A stretch of 64,000 nucleotides of DNA from Myxococcota bacterium (GTDB taxonomy: Bacteria; Myxococcota_A; UBA9160; UBA6930): the NCBI GenBank assembly GCA_965223705.1, contig OZ245015.1, positions 3,552,001 through 3,616,000 of the forward strand. Direction: 5' to 3'. The notes below the pieces were generated by a model. That model was given only the letters and a program-made list of their open reading frames with translations. It ran no database searches and was not told the DNA's origin. The position numbers and the translations under genes are program-made. Each line of letters begins with the position of its first letter. Positions within the stretch are counted from its first letter, which is position 1. Shown here piece after piece: positions 37,225-46,196 of this stretch.

Positions 37225-37845
37225 CTAGTGAGTCGCCTCCCACGTCTCCCAGTACGTTCGCTCGCGCCCCGGGATGCGCTTACCGGGCTTGAAGTCTTCA
37301 CCCGTGAAGTAGGCGACCGGAAGCAGCGCTCCCTGAGTGATGTGGTCGGGGATGTTCAAGAGTTCCGCGATCTCTCTCTCGTGCGCGAGATGCAGGGTGG
37401 TCCACGCCGATCCCAGCCCCCTCGAGCGCAGTGCCAGCATCAGCGACCACGTGGCGGGCAGGATCGACCCGTAGCGCGTCGCTTGCAGAAAGGCGCCTTT
37501 GTCTTCGACGCGACCCTCCGTGCAGGGAATGATGTGCACGGGGACTTCGTGGAAGTGTTCGGCGAGATGGGTCGCGGAATCGTACATTCGCTTCCCGTAG
37601 ACCTTCTCTTGACCTTCGAGGTATGCGGCAAATGCGCGCCGGTAGCACTCCGCGATGACCGAGCGCTTCTCGGGATCCGTGACGACGAGAAAGTGGTAGA
37701 GCCCGAGGTTCCCGCCGTCCGGAGCTTGCGTGGCGAGATCGATGCATTCCTGCACGACCGCAGGGTCGACGGGGCGCTTCAGGTCGAGGCGCTTCCGAAC
37801 CGATCGCGTGGTGGTCAAAAGATGGTCGATCGAAGCGAGATCCAT
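37225..37845 (-). CDS. Nitroreductase-family flavoprotein
   Basis: TTRSVRKRL, QAPDGGN, LALRSRGLGSAWTT. Confidence 0.88.
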   Translation of the reverse strand: MDLASIDHLLTTTRSVRKRLDLKRPVDPAVVQECIDLATQAPDGGNLGLYHFLVVTDPEKRSVIAECYRRAFAAYLEGQEKVYGKRMYDSATHLAEHFHEVPVHIIPCTEGRVEDKGAFLQATRYGSILPATWSLMLALRSRGLGSAWTTLHLAHEREIAELLNIPDHITQGALLPVAYFTGEDFKPGKRIPGRERTYWETWEATH

Positions 37846-37909
37846 GTGACTCCCCTGGCTGTCTCTCCCACCCTAGCGCGTTTAGACTCGGGGAAAGAGG
37901 AGTTCACCT

Positions 37910-39142
37910 ATGTCCGAAAAACCACTGTCAGGCATCGTCGTTTTTGACCTGACGCGCTATCTGGCGGGACCTTATTGCACGTTGCTGCTCGGTGGTTTGG
38001 GCGCCGAAGTGATCAAGGTCGAATCTCCGGGTCGGGGCGACTTGCACCGCCACAACCCACCTTACGGTGGCGCTGCCGGCGCCGCCTACGAACGCCAACA
38101 GGAACACGATATCGGGCTCACGCACCTCCACCGGGCGCGCAACAAGAAGAGTGTCACGTTGAATCTCCGGGATCCCGACGGCGTGGCCCTTTTCCACGAC
38201 CTGTGTCCCAAGGTCGATGTCGTCGTCGAAAACTTTTCCCCAGGCACGCTCGAACGGATGGGTCTTGGCTACCCGGCGTTGCGGGAGCGGAATCCGAGAA
38301 TTGTCTTGTGCTCGATTTCGGGGTTCGGCCAGACCGGGCCGCTAAAGAATCGTCGCGCCTATGATCCCGTGATCCAGTCGATGAGCGGGATCGCAAGCGT
38401 CACAGGATTCCCGGATCGCCCGCCCGTGCGCTGCGGCGCCGCGGTGAGCGACGTCGTCGGTCCGCTCTTTGGCGTCATCGGAATTCAGGCGGCGCTGCGG
38501 CGCCGCGATCTCACCGGGGAAGGCGACTGGGTCGACGTGGCGATGCTCGACACATCGGTCTTTCTGATGCCCGAGCTGCTCGAGTACTTGAACGGCGGAC
38601 TGGCTCCTGAACGGCGGGGCAACGACCATCCTGTGGGTACACCGCTCAACACCTATCCAACGCTCGACGGCTTTGTCACGGTGGCCGTCGTTTCCGACAA
38701 GGATTGGGCGTGCCTGCTCACCGCCCTCGACCGACGAGAGCTGCTTCACGACGCCCGGTTTTCCGATCGCCTCGCGCGCCGTCGCCACATCGAGGTGATC
38801 GACAAAACGGTCGCCGACTGGATGGCGACCCGCACTTCCGACGACGCTGTGACGACACTGCAAGAGGCGGAGGTTCCGTCGGGGCCGGTGCAGGACCTCT
38901 ACCAAGCCGCCGAGAGCCCGCAGCTGGCAGCTCGCGACATGTTCACCGAGCTCGAACACCCGACGCAGGGTCCCGTGCCGGGCGTGAAGGGATTTGGCTT
39001 CCCGATCCAGTTTACGAGTCATTCACTGCACTTCGATCAGCCGGCGCCGGAACTCGGCGCGCACAACGCCGAAATCTACCAACGGCTGTTGGCTCTCGAC
39101 GACCGCGCTCTCGCAGATCTCAGCGAGCGCGGCGTGATCTGA
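37910..39142 (+). CDS. CaiB/BaiF family (class III) CoA-transferase
   Basis: LAGPYC, GAEVIKVE, RNKKSVTLNL, VENFSPG, YDPVIQ. Confidence 0.93.
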   Translation: MSEKPLSGIVVFDLTRYLAGPYCTLLLGGLGAEVIKVESPGRGDLHRHNPPYGGAAGAAYERQQEHDIGLTHLHRARNKKSVTLNLRDPDGVALFHDLCPKVDVVVENFSPGTLERMGLGYPALRERNPRIVLCSISGFGQTGPLKNRRAYDPVIQSMSGIASVTGFPDRPPVRCGAAVSDVVGPLFGVIGIQAALRRRDLTGEGDWVDVAMLDTSVFLMPELLEYLNGGLAPERRGNDHPVGTPLNTYPTLDGFVTVAVVSDKDWACLLTALDRRELLHDARFSDRLARRRHIEVIDKTVADWMATRTSDDAVTTLQEAEVPSGPVQDLYQAAESPQLAARDMFTELEHPTQGPVPGVKGFGFPIQFTSHSLHFDQPAPELGAHNAEIYQRLLALDDRALADLSERGVI

Positions 39143-39188
39143 ACTGCGGGGAGGTCCAGATATTGTCGTTGCCGCCGACCGGCTTCGG

Positions 39189-39213
39189 ATAGTACCGTAC
39201 CGTACAGTACTAT
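39189..39213. promoter_or_regulatory. Palindrome ATAGTACCGTACCGTACAGTACTAT: putative TetR operator
   Basis: Inverted repeat built from four GTAC units, 21 bp upstream of the monooxygenase ATG; a tetR gene follows the monooxygenase. Confidence 0.7.
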
Positions 39214-39234
39214 TTCTCGAAAAGGAGTACCCGG

Positions 39235-40908
39235 ATGCGAGCCATCGTGATCGGTGCGGGCATGGGCGGCTTGTTCGCAGCACTCGCACTTCGGCAGTCG
39301 GGCCGCTTTACATCGATCGACATCTACGAGCAGACGCGCGAACCCAGCACCGCGGGTGCAGGGCTCAATATCCCGCCCAACGGAGCGCGACTCTGTCGCT
39401 GGCTGGGCGTCGACCTTGACGGAGGCGATCCCAAAGGCCCGCATGGTGCCGTCGACGGCGGCCGCGCAGCGATCCTCGACTCCACCCGCAACATCGGGGC
39501 GGATGGAGAGGTGTCCACCAAGCCCTTCGACCACGACACCTCCGCCAAGGACGGGGCGGGCTTTCATCACATGCATCGGCTCGACTTGCTGATGTGCCTC
39601 TACAAGCGTGCCTTCGATTTTGCGCCGGCCAAAGTCTCCGAGTGTCCGATCCAGGTCCACATGGACAAACGCCTCACGTCGCTCCATCAAACGGCGGAGG
39701 CTGTTACCGCGGGTTTTGAAGATGGTACGAACGCCGACGGCGACGTTCTGATTGGCGCAGATGGTCTGAACTCCGCGGTGCTGAAGCTCCAATGGCCGGA
39801 TACGCCGCCACGCCGTTGGACCGAAGTCACCGTCTACCGAGGTCTCATCCCGCGCGACAAGGTCGCACACCTCACGAAGCCCGACGGCAGCGCGATGGAC
39901 CACAATCCGATCGATTCCTTCAGCATGGACGTTCGGAAACACGAGACCGCTTGGGCCCTGACCTACTGGGTCCGGTCCGGCGAACTCCTCAACGTCTGGC
40001 TCGCTTACTACGAGCCCAATTCCGCCGAATTCGAAGAGGACTGGGGCGACTGGTTCCCCATCGATCACGCGGAAATGAAGGAGAAGATGGGGAAGGCCTT
40101 CACCGGTGACCCGCGCCATGACGATGTGATGGCCTTGGCCGGCGGAATGGAGAACCCGACAAAATGGGGGCTCTATGATCGCGACGCCTTCGAGTACTGG
40201 CAGGAGGGTCGCGTCTGTCTACTGGGCGACGCAGCACACCCGATGCTGCCGACCTTCGGTCAAGGGGCCGCTCAGGCCTTCGAAGACGGTGCCGCTTTGA
40301 GTCGCTGCTTCGAGCTCCACGGAGACGATGTGTACAGCGCGCTGCTTCACTACGAGCGGGTCCGCCACTACCGAGCCACCCGCTTCCAATTCGGGTCGAA
40401 GTTCCTCTTCAAGCACCTGGAGCCGGAGGATTCACCGGAGCGCCAACAGATCCTGAAAGCGCTCGACGAGCGCGACTATCCCGTATTCAATCACGACCAG
40501 CGTGCCGGCTCCGACGATTCGTGGATCTACGCGTTTGATGCGCGCGAGATCGGAGACAAGCTCCCACGCCGTAAGCTGGGTCCCTGGGACTTTCGGTCGC
40601 GCAAGGCCGCACTCGGCGCACGCCGCGACGTGATGCAGAACTTGTGGAAGCCGCCTGTTTCCCTGGCTGGCGACCGCGAAGTCACGCGGTCTGAGGTCGC
40701 ACAACACAACACCTTCGAAGATTGCTGGGTCATCATCCGCGGCAAGGTGTACGACATCAGCGAATGGAAGGACCACCATCCCGGTGGGCCTTTCGTAGCA
40801 CGCATGCATGCGGGGAAAGATGCCACGGCCGAATTCGGCGACTATCACAGCCGATCGGCCGAGCGACACATGGAGCACTTCTGCGTCGGCGAGCTTGTCG
40901 AGGAGTAA
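39235..40908 (+). CDS. FAD-dependent monooxygenase (salicylate-hydroxylase-like) fused to a C-terminal cytochrome b5 domain
   Basis: GAGMGG, IGADGLNS, LLGDAAHPMLP..GQGA. C-terminus EVAQHN..EDCWVIIRGKVYDIS....HHPGG...AGKDATAEF..YHS. Confidence 0.88.
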   Translation: MRAIVIGAGMGGLFAALALRQSGRFTSIDIYEQTREPSTAGAGLNIPPNGARLCRWLGVDLDGGDPKGPHGAVDGGRAAILDSTRNIGADGEVSTKPFDHDTSAKDGAGFHHMHRLDLLMCLYKRAFDFAPAKVSECPIQVHMDKRLTSLHQTAEAVTAGFEDGTNADGDVLIGADGLNSAVLKLQWPDTPPRRWTEVTVYRGLIPRDKVAHLTKPDGSAMDHNPIDSFSMDVRKHETAWALTYWVRSGELLNVWLAYYEPNSAEFEEDWGDWFPIDHAEMKEKMGKAFTGDPRHDDVMALAGGMENPTKWGLYDRDAFEYWQEGRVCLLGDAAHPMLPTFGQGAAQAFEDGAALSRCFELHGDDVYSALLHYERVRHYRATRFQFGSKFLFKHLEPEDSPERQQILKALDERDYPVFNHDQRAGSDDSWIYAFDAREIGDKLPRRKLGPWDFRSRKAALGARRDVMQNLWKPPVSLAGDREVTRSEVAQHNTFEDCWVIIRGKVYDISEWKDHHPGGPFVARMHAGKDATAEFGDYHSRSAERHMEHFCVGELVEE

Positions 40909-40919
40909 TGTGACCATCG

Positions 40920-41510
40920 TTGTCGAGCGCTAAGCGTCAGAAAATTCTCGAAATCGCCACGGATCTATTCTTGGAGAAAGGTTACGGCGCCGCGAGCACA
41001 TCCGAGTTGATTCGCCGCGTCGGAGGTTCCAAGACTACGATCTACAGCCACTTCGGCGACAAAGCGGGTTTGTTCACGGCCATCGTCGACGAGTTGCTCA
41101 AGGACACGGTCGCGTTCTCAGACACGCTCGACCTTGGCGGGCTGTCCGTTCGCGAGGCTCTCCTCGTGGTTGCAAACCAACATCTGAAGGTCGTCCTATC
41201 GCCACGCTACATCCGTCTGATCCGGATCGTGGCTGCGGAGGTCAATCGCTTCCCGGAGCTTGGCAAAGCTTTCTACGAGCATGGGCCGGGACAGAGTTAC
41301 GCCAACTTTCAGAACTTTTTGGGGAGGCGTGTTGACTCAGGAGAGCTCGCGGTCGCGGATCCCTCACGAGCGACCGATCAGTTTTTCGGCGCGCTTCTCC
41401 ACCGTGAGGTGCTTGCGCGGATGTATGGCGTGAAGACGGCCCCGCTTCGCGGGCGAGCCGATATCGCGGCGACGATCGTCGACGAGTTTCTTGAGCGATA
41501 CGGCCGATGA
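40920..41510 (+). CDS. TetR/AcrR-family regulator
   Basis: LFLEKGY, VGGSKTTIYSHFGDKAGLF, RFPELGKAFYEHGP. Confidence 0.92.
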   Translation: MSSAKRQKILEIATDLFLEKGYGAASTSELIRRVGGSKTTIYSHFGDKAGLFTAIVDELLKDTVAFSDTLDLGGLSVREALLVVANQHLKVVLSPRYIRLIRIVAAEVNRFPELGKAFYEHGPGQSYANFQNFLGRRVDSGELAVADPSRATDQFFGALLHREVLARMYGVKTAPLRGRADIAATIVDEFLERYGR

Positions 41511-41561
41511 CTCGTCGTTCGCGTCTGTCCAGGTCGCGTTCAAACGCCGGCTAGCGCGCGG

Positions 41562-42626
41562 CTAGCGAATTCCTGCGTCGCGCAACAACGGAATGACCTT
41601 GTGCGCAAAGTCTTCGGTGGATTCGAGATAGTCGAGGAAGCTCAGGAGCACGCCGTCGATGCCGGCTCGGTAGAGGTCGATGATGGCCTCCGCGATGGTC
41701 TCTCTCGTCCCAACGACGGGCAGCGACCCTCCACTGAGGCACAACATGTCCAACGTGTGGGCATCGAACGATTCGCTGTCCATCTGAACGCCGGCCATCC
41801 AGTTCTCGAGAGCTTCCGTGTCGGCGCCGTCCACAATTTTCTGCTTCGTGCCGTCCGCCTCGGCTTGCGTTTTGCCCAGGATCAAGAACAGGGCGGCCAC
41901 GCAGCGAACCTCTCGACCGGCTCTCGCCGCGCGGCGCTTGATATCGCCGATCATCTCACCGGCGAGATCGATCGATGGCGGGATCATGAAGGACCAATCG
42001 CAATGGTTGGCGACCAAGTTTCGTCCCGCATCGGAGGTGCCCGCGTTGATGATGGGCGGATGCGGCTGTGACTTCGGCATCGGCGAGATCCATCCGCGCC
42101 GGATCCGATACCACTCGGAGTCGAAATCGAACGTCCCGGGTTTTGCGGTCCACAACCCCTTGATCACCTTGATGAAATCCGTCGTTCGTTCGTAGCGTTT
42201 TTCGTGGCCCTCCATTTCCAGACCCATCATTTCGAACTCGGGCTGGTTCCAGCCGCTCACGACGTTCAACCCCCAACGCCCACCACTCATGTAGTCGAGG
42301 CCGGCGCCCACTTTTGCGACGAGGAACGGGTGGTAGACCGGGACGTGTACCGTTGAATACACGCCGATACGCTCCGTTCGTTGCAGCATGCTCGCCGCCC
42401 AGGTCAACGTCTCGATGTTGGTTCCCTGATAATTTGTTTTCCCGCCCACACCCCGCCAACGCGCCGATGGGAACAGAAAATCGAAGTTCTCAGCCTCGGC
42501 CAACTGTGCGATCCGAACGTTGTGCTCGAACTCCCACTCCTCGGGGTTGGGTTTGTACGTGCTGATGGACATGCTGTAGCGGCAATTCGGCATGAACAAG
42601 CCGATCTTGATGGGAGCTCGACGCAT
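41562..42626 (-). CDS. LLM monooxygenase (RutA/SsuD-like)
   Basis: ARWRGVGG, YSTVHVP, GRWGLNVVSGWN, NAGTSDAG. Confidence 0.87.
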   Translation of the reverse strand: MRRAPIKIGLFMPNCRYSMSISTYKPNPEEWEFEHNVRIAQLAEAENFDFLFPSARWRGVGGKTNYQGTNIETLTWAASMLQRTERIGVYSTVHVPVYHPFLVAKVGAGLDYMSGGRWGLNVVSGWNQPEFEMMGLEMEGHEKRYERTTDFIKVIKGLWTAKPGTFDFDSEWYRIRRGWISPMPKSQPHPPIINAGTSDAGRNLVANHCDWSFMIPPSIDLAGEMIGDIKRRAARAGREVRCVAALFLILGKTQAEADGTKQKIVDGADTEALENWMAGVQMDSESFDAHTLDMLCLSGGSLPVVGTRETIAEAIIDLYRAGIDGVLLSFLDYLESTEDFAHKVIPLLRDAGIR

Positions 42627-42630
42627 CACG

Positions 42631-43995
42631 TCAGGATCGCGATCCGCGAAACGCGCCACGGTACGCCGCCGCGGGGTGGCTATCGGGGAGTCGGTCGTGC
42701 CCGAAGATCTTGCGCCGCAACGTGCCCGGGGTGTACGTCTCCTTGGCGAGGCCGCGTTTTCGAAGGACCGGCATGACGTGTTGTGCGAATTCCGTGTAGC
42801 TGCCGGGGATGGTCGCATTGATCACGTTGATTCCGTCGACTCCGGCCGCCTGCCACCGCGCGAGCTCATCGGCGATGCGCTCCGGCGTTCCGGTCACGCG
42901 GCTCGATTGACTGATCAGGATGGCGAGATCGCGAACCGTGGGCTCCCGGTCCCCGACGACGGCGCGAACGCCTGGCAAAACACTCTGGACACCCGCGGCG
43001 CTCCATTCGGTCAGTGGTTGATCGAGGGAGTGAGGCCCCGGGTCGACGCCCATCGCGCCTGTCAGATGAGCGATCAAGGCGCGGTAGTCGAGCGCTTCGT
43101 CGAGATCGCGCGCCCTTCTCGCGGCCTCCTCCTCGGTACTCCCGATGACAAAGGAAAGCCCCTGAAGAAACTTGAGGTCGTCGGGACGACGTCCGCATTG
43201 AACGACGAAACGCCGGGTTTTCTCGATCGACGAGGCCGCAAACTCAGGAGTCGGCGCGACGAGAAACTGCGCCTCCGCGTGCTCCGCCGCAAACCGCTTG
43301 CCCGCATCCGACGAGCCCGCTTGGAAGAGCAACGGCGTCCGCTGCGGAGAGGGCGCGACGAGATGCGGGCCTTCGACCGAATAGCGCTCGCCCTGGTGGT
43401 GGATCTTGTGGACTTTGTCGAAGTCGGCATGCACTCCGGTATCGCGGTCCTGCAGCATCGCGCCCTCGTCCCACGACCCTTCCCAGAGCTTGTAGGTGAC
43501 ATCGACGTACTCGCGCGCCCATTCATAGCGGGCGTCGTGCTCGGTCAGCTCTTGGCCGAAATTGCGCGCTCCGTTTCGTTGGAGGTTGGTGACGATGTTC
43601 CACGCGATCCGTCCCCGAGACGCGTGATCGAGCGTCGAGATCTTGCGCGCGAAGTTGAAGGGATGCTCTTGCAGGATGTTGCTCGTGAACGCCAGCCCCA
43701 AGTGCTCGGTGTTGTAGGCCAACGCGGACAGGATGACGGAAGGGTCGTTGCTCGGGATCTGAAGACCCGTCTCGACGTACACGCGATGAGACCCTTCAAA
43801 CTCTTCGTAGAGCCCGGCGACGTCGGCGAAGAAGATCATGTCGAACCGGTTTTCCTCGAGCGTAACCGCCAGATCGACCCAGAGATCGAGTGAGTTGAAT
43901 TCGACCTGGCGCGCGCCGGGCTGACGCCACAAGCCCTGCAAGATGTGGGATGCCGTGTCCATCACGAACGCGGAGAACATCAAAGGTCGGGTCAC
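42631..43995 (-). CDS. NtaA/DmoA/DszA-family FMNH2-dependent monooxygenase
   Basis: IFFAD, TLDHASRGRIAWNIVT, KLWEGSW, PQRTPLLFQAGSS..G. Confidence 0.9.
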   Translation of the reverse strand: MTRPLMFSAFVMDTASHILQGLWRQPGARQVEFNSLDLWVDLAVTLEENRFDMIFFADVAGLYEEFEGSHRVYVETGLQIPSNDPSVILSALAYNTEHLGLAFTSNILQEHPFNFARKISTLDHASRGRIAWNIVTNLQRNGARNFGQELTEHDARYEWAREYVDVTYKLWEGSWDEGAMLQDRDTGVHADFDKVHKIHHQGERYSVEGPHLVAPSPQRTPLLFQAGSSDAGKRFAAEHAEAQFLVAPTPEFAASSIEKTRRFVVQCGRRPDDLKFLQGLSFVIGSTEEEAARRARDLDEALDYRALIAHLTGAMGVDPGPHSLDQPLTEWSAAGVQSVLPGVRAVVGDREPTVRDLAILISQSSRVTGTPERIADELARWQAAGVDGINVINATIPGSYTEFAQHVMPVLRKRGLAKETYTPGTLRRKIFGHDRLPDSHPAAAYRGAFRGSRS

Positions 43996-44117
43996 GGGAA
44001 CCTCCGGTGGTCGCTCGGACGCCCGGTGAACCTAGCAGCGACACCACGCCAGGGGTGATGAAGCCCAGTGGACACCTGTCGTACACTTGACGGGTACGCA
44101 GAAACGGGGTTTTCCGC

Positions 44118-46193
44118 ATGGCCTGGCGCATCGGAGTCGACACCGGCGGTACGTTCACCGACGTGGTCGCCGTCAACGAATCAACCGGGCAGCGCTTCGT
44201 GTGGAAGACATCTTCGACACCGGACGACCCCTCGCGCGCGTTCAGCAACGGCATCGGCGAGCTGCTCAAGGAAGTGGGTGTGGATGGCGGTGAGGTCAGC
44301 TTCATCAGCCACGGCACAACGGTCGCCACGAACGCCATCCTGGAATCGAAGTACGCCCGCCTCGGCCTGCTGGTGACGCGCGGCTACCGTGAGATGCTCG
44401 AAGTCGGGCGCCAGACCGTGCCGGGCGACTTTGGTGACATCACCTGGTGGATCAAACCGCCCCGCGTCGTGCCGCTCGAATGGGTACGCGAGGTCGGCGG
44501 CCGCTTCGATTTCCGCGGTCACGAGCACACGCCGCTCGACGAGGATGGCGTGCGCGCGGCGGCGCGGGAGTTTCGCGCCATGGGCATCGATGCGGTGGCG
44601 GTGTCGTTCATTCATTCCTATCGCAACCCCGCGCACGAACGCCGCGCGCGCGAGCTGATCCAAGCGGAGCATCCCGACTGCTTCGTGTCGATCTCCTCGG
44701 ACGTGATCCGTGAGTACCGCGAGTACGAACGCACCCTGAGCACGTGCCTCAATACCGGTCTCATGCCACTGGTGACGACCTACATCGACAGTCTGAGCCA
44801 GCGCCTCGACGGCGTGGGCGTCGACGCGCGTCTGTTCGTCATGAAATCGAGCGGAGGCATCATCCGCGCCGCCGATATCGCGCCCCAGCCGATCGCGGCG
44901 GTGCTGTCGGGACCGGCGGCGGGAATCGTGACCGCCAGCTACTACGGCAAGGCGGCCGGCCACCCGGATCTGATCACCATCGATATCGGCGGCACCTCGA
45001 CCGATATCTGCCTCATCGACCAGGGCGTGCCGAACATGCTCACCGAGGGCCGCATCGACGTCTACAACATCAAGACGCCGATGATCGACATGCACACCGT
45101 GGGCGCCGGCGGCGGCTCGATCGCCTGGCTCGCGGCCGGGCGCAGTCTGCGCGTCGGCCCGCGGAGCGCCGGCGCGGAACCGGGCCCCGTGTGCTACGGG
45201 CGCGGCGGAACCGAGCCGACGCTGACCGATGCACACATCGCGTTGGGGCGCGTATCGCCCTACCTGCTCGGTGGCGCCATTCAGCTCGACGCCACCGCGG
45301 CGCGCCGCGCCATCGACGAACACATCGCCGGGCCGCTCGGGATGAGCGTGGAGGAAGCCGCACTCGGCATCCTCGATCTCGCGACAACCAACATCGCGCA
45401 AGGGATCAACGTCGTATCGGTGAAACGCGGGCGCGATCCGCGTCACTACGCGCTGATGGCCTTCGGCGGCGCCGGCGGCCTCAACGCCTGTCTCGTGGCC
45501 GACGCGCTGGGCATTCGCACCATCGTGCTGCCGCCTTCACCGGGCGTGACCTCGGCCGAGGGTCTGCTCGCGACCGACGTGCGCGCCGACCGAGTCGTCA
45601 CCGACGTGCAACGCGAGGACGAGCTCGACGTCGCGCGCCTGTCGGCCGAGTTCTCGAGCGTCTACCGCGAGGTGCGCGAGGACCTCGAGCGTGAGGATTT
45701 CGGCGCGGACGAAATCGCCATCAGCGCCTTCGCCGACATGCGGTACGTGGGCCAGGCTTACGAGGTACGCGTACCGGCGACCATCCTCGACGGGACGCTC
45801 AGCGAGACCGCCATCCGCCAGGCGATCAAGGCCTTCCACCGCGCCCACGACGATCGCTTCGGCTACGAGTACGAAGGCAAACACCCGGTGGAAATCGTCA
45901 ACATCGGCGCCACCGGGTTCGGCATGTTCCCCCGACTCCGACTGGCACCGGCCGCGGGCGACGACCGGAGCTGGGAAGCGGCGCGTCGTGAGGTCCGCCG
46001 CGGCGTGTTCCGCGGCCTCGGCGAGGTCGACCTCGCCGTCTATGATCGCGACCAGGCGCCGCTCGACACCCCGCTCGACGGCCCCGCCGTGATCGAGCAA
46101 TACGACGCGACGTTCGTGCTCGACCCGGGCTGGCGTGCGGTGCTCGACGACAACGGACAAATCATCGTTTCTCAGCAGGGAACGGAGGTCTAG
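44118..46193 (+). CDS. Hydantoinase/oxoprolinase A subunit (ATP-binding)
   Basis: GVDTGGTFTD, HGTTVATN, SGPAAG, DIGGTSTD, GAGGGSIA. Confidence 0.93.
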   Translation: MAWRIGVDTGGTFTDVVAVNESTGQRFVWKTSSTPDDPSRAFSNGIGELLKEVGVDGGEVSFISHGTTVATNAILESKYARLGLLVTRGYREMLEVGRQTVPGDFGDITWWIKPPRVVPLEWVREVGGRFDFRGHEHTPLDEDGVRAAAREFRAMGIDAVAVSFIHSYRNPAHERRARELIQAEHPDCFVSISSDVIREYREYERTLSTCLNTGLMPLVTTYIDSLSQRLDGVGVDARLFVMKSSGGIIRAADIAPQPIAAVLSGPAAGIVTASYYGKAAGHPDLITIDIGGTSTDICLIDQGVPNMLTEGRIDVYNIKTPMIDMHTVGAGGGSIAWLAAGRSLRVGPRSAGAEPGPVCYGRGGTEPTLTDAHIALGRVSPYLLGGAIQLDATAARRAIDEHIAGPLGMSVEEAALGILDLATTNIAQGINVVSVKRGRDPRHYALMAFGGAGGLNACLVADALGIRTIVLPPSPGVTSAEGLLATDVRADRVVTDVQREDELDVARLSAEFSSVYREVREDLEREDFGADEIAISAFADMRYVGQAYEVRVPATILDGTLSETAIRQAIKAFHRAHDDRFGYEYEGKHPVEIVNIGATGFGMFPRLRLAPAAGDDRSWEAARREVRRGVFRGLGEVDLAVYDRDQAPLDTPLDGPAVIEQYDATFVLDPGWRAVLDDNGQIIVSQQGTEV

Positions 46194-46196
46194 AAC

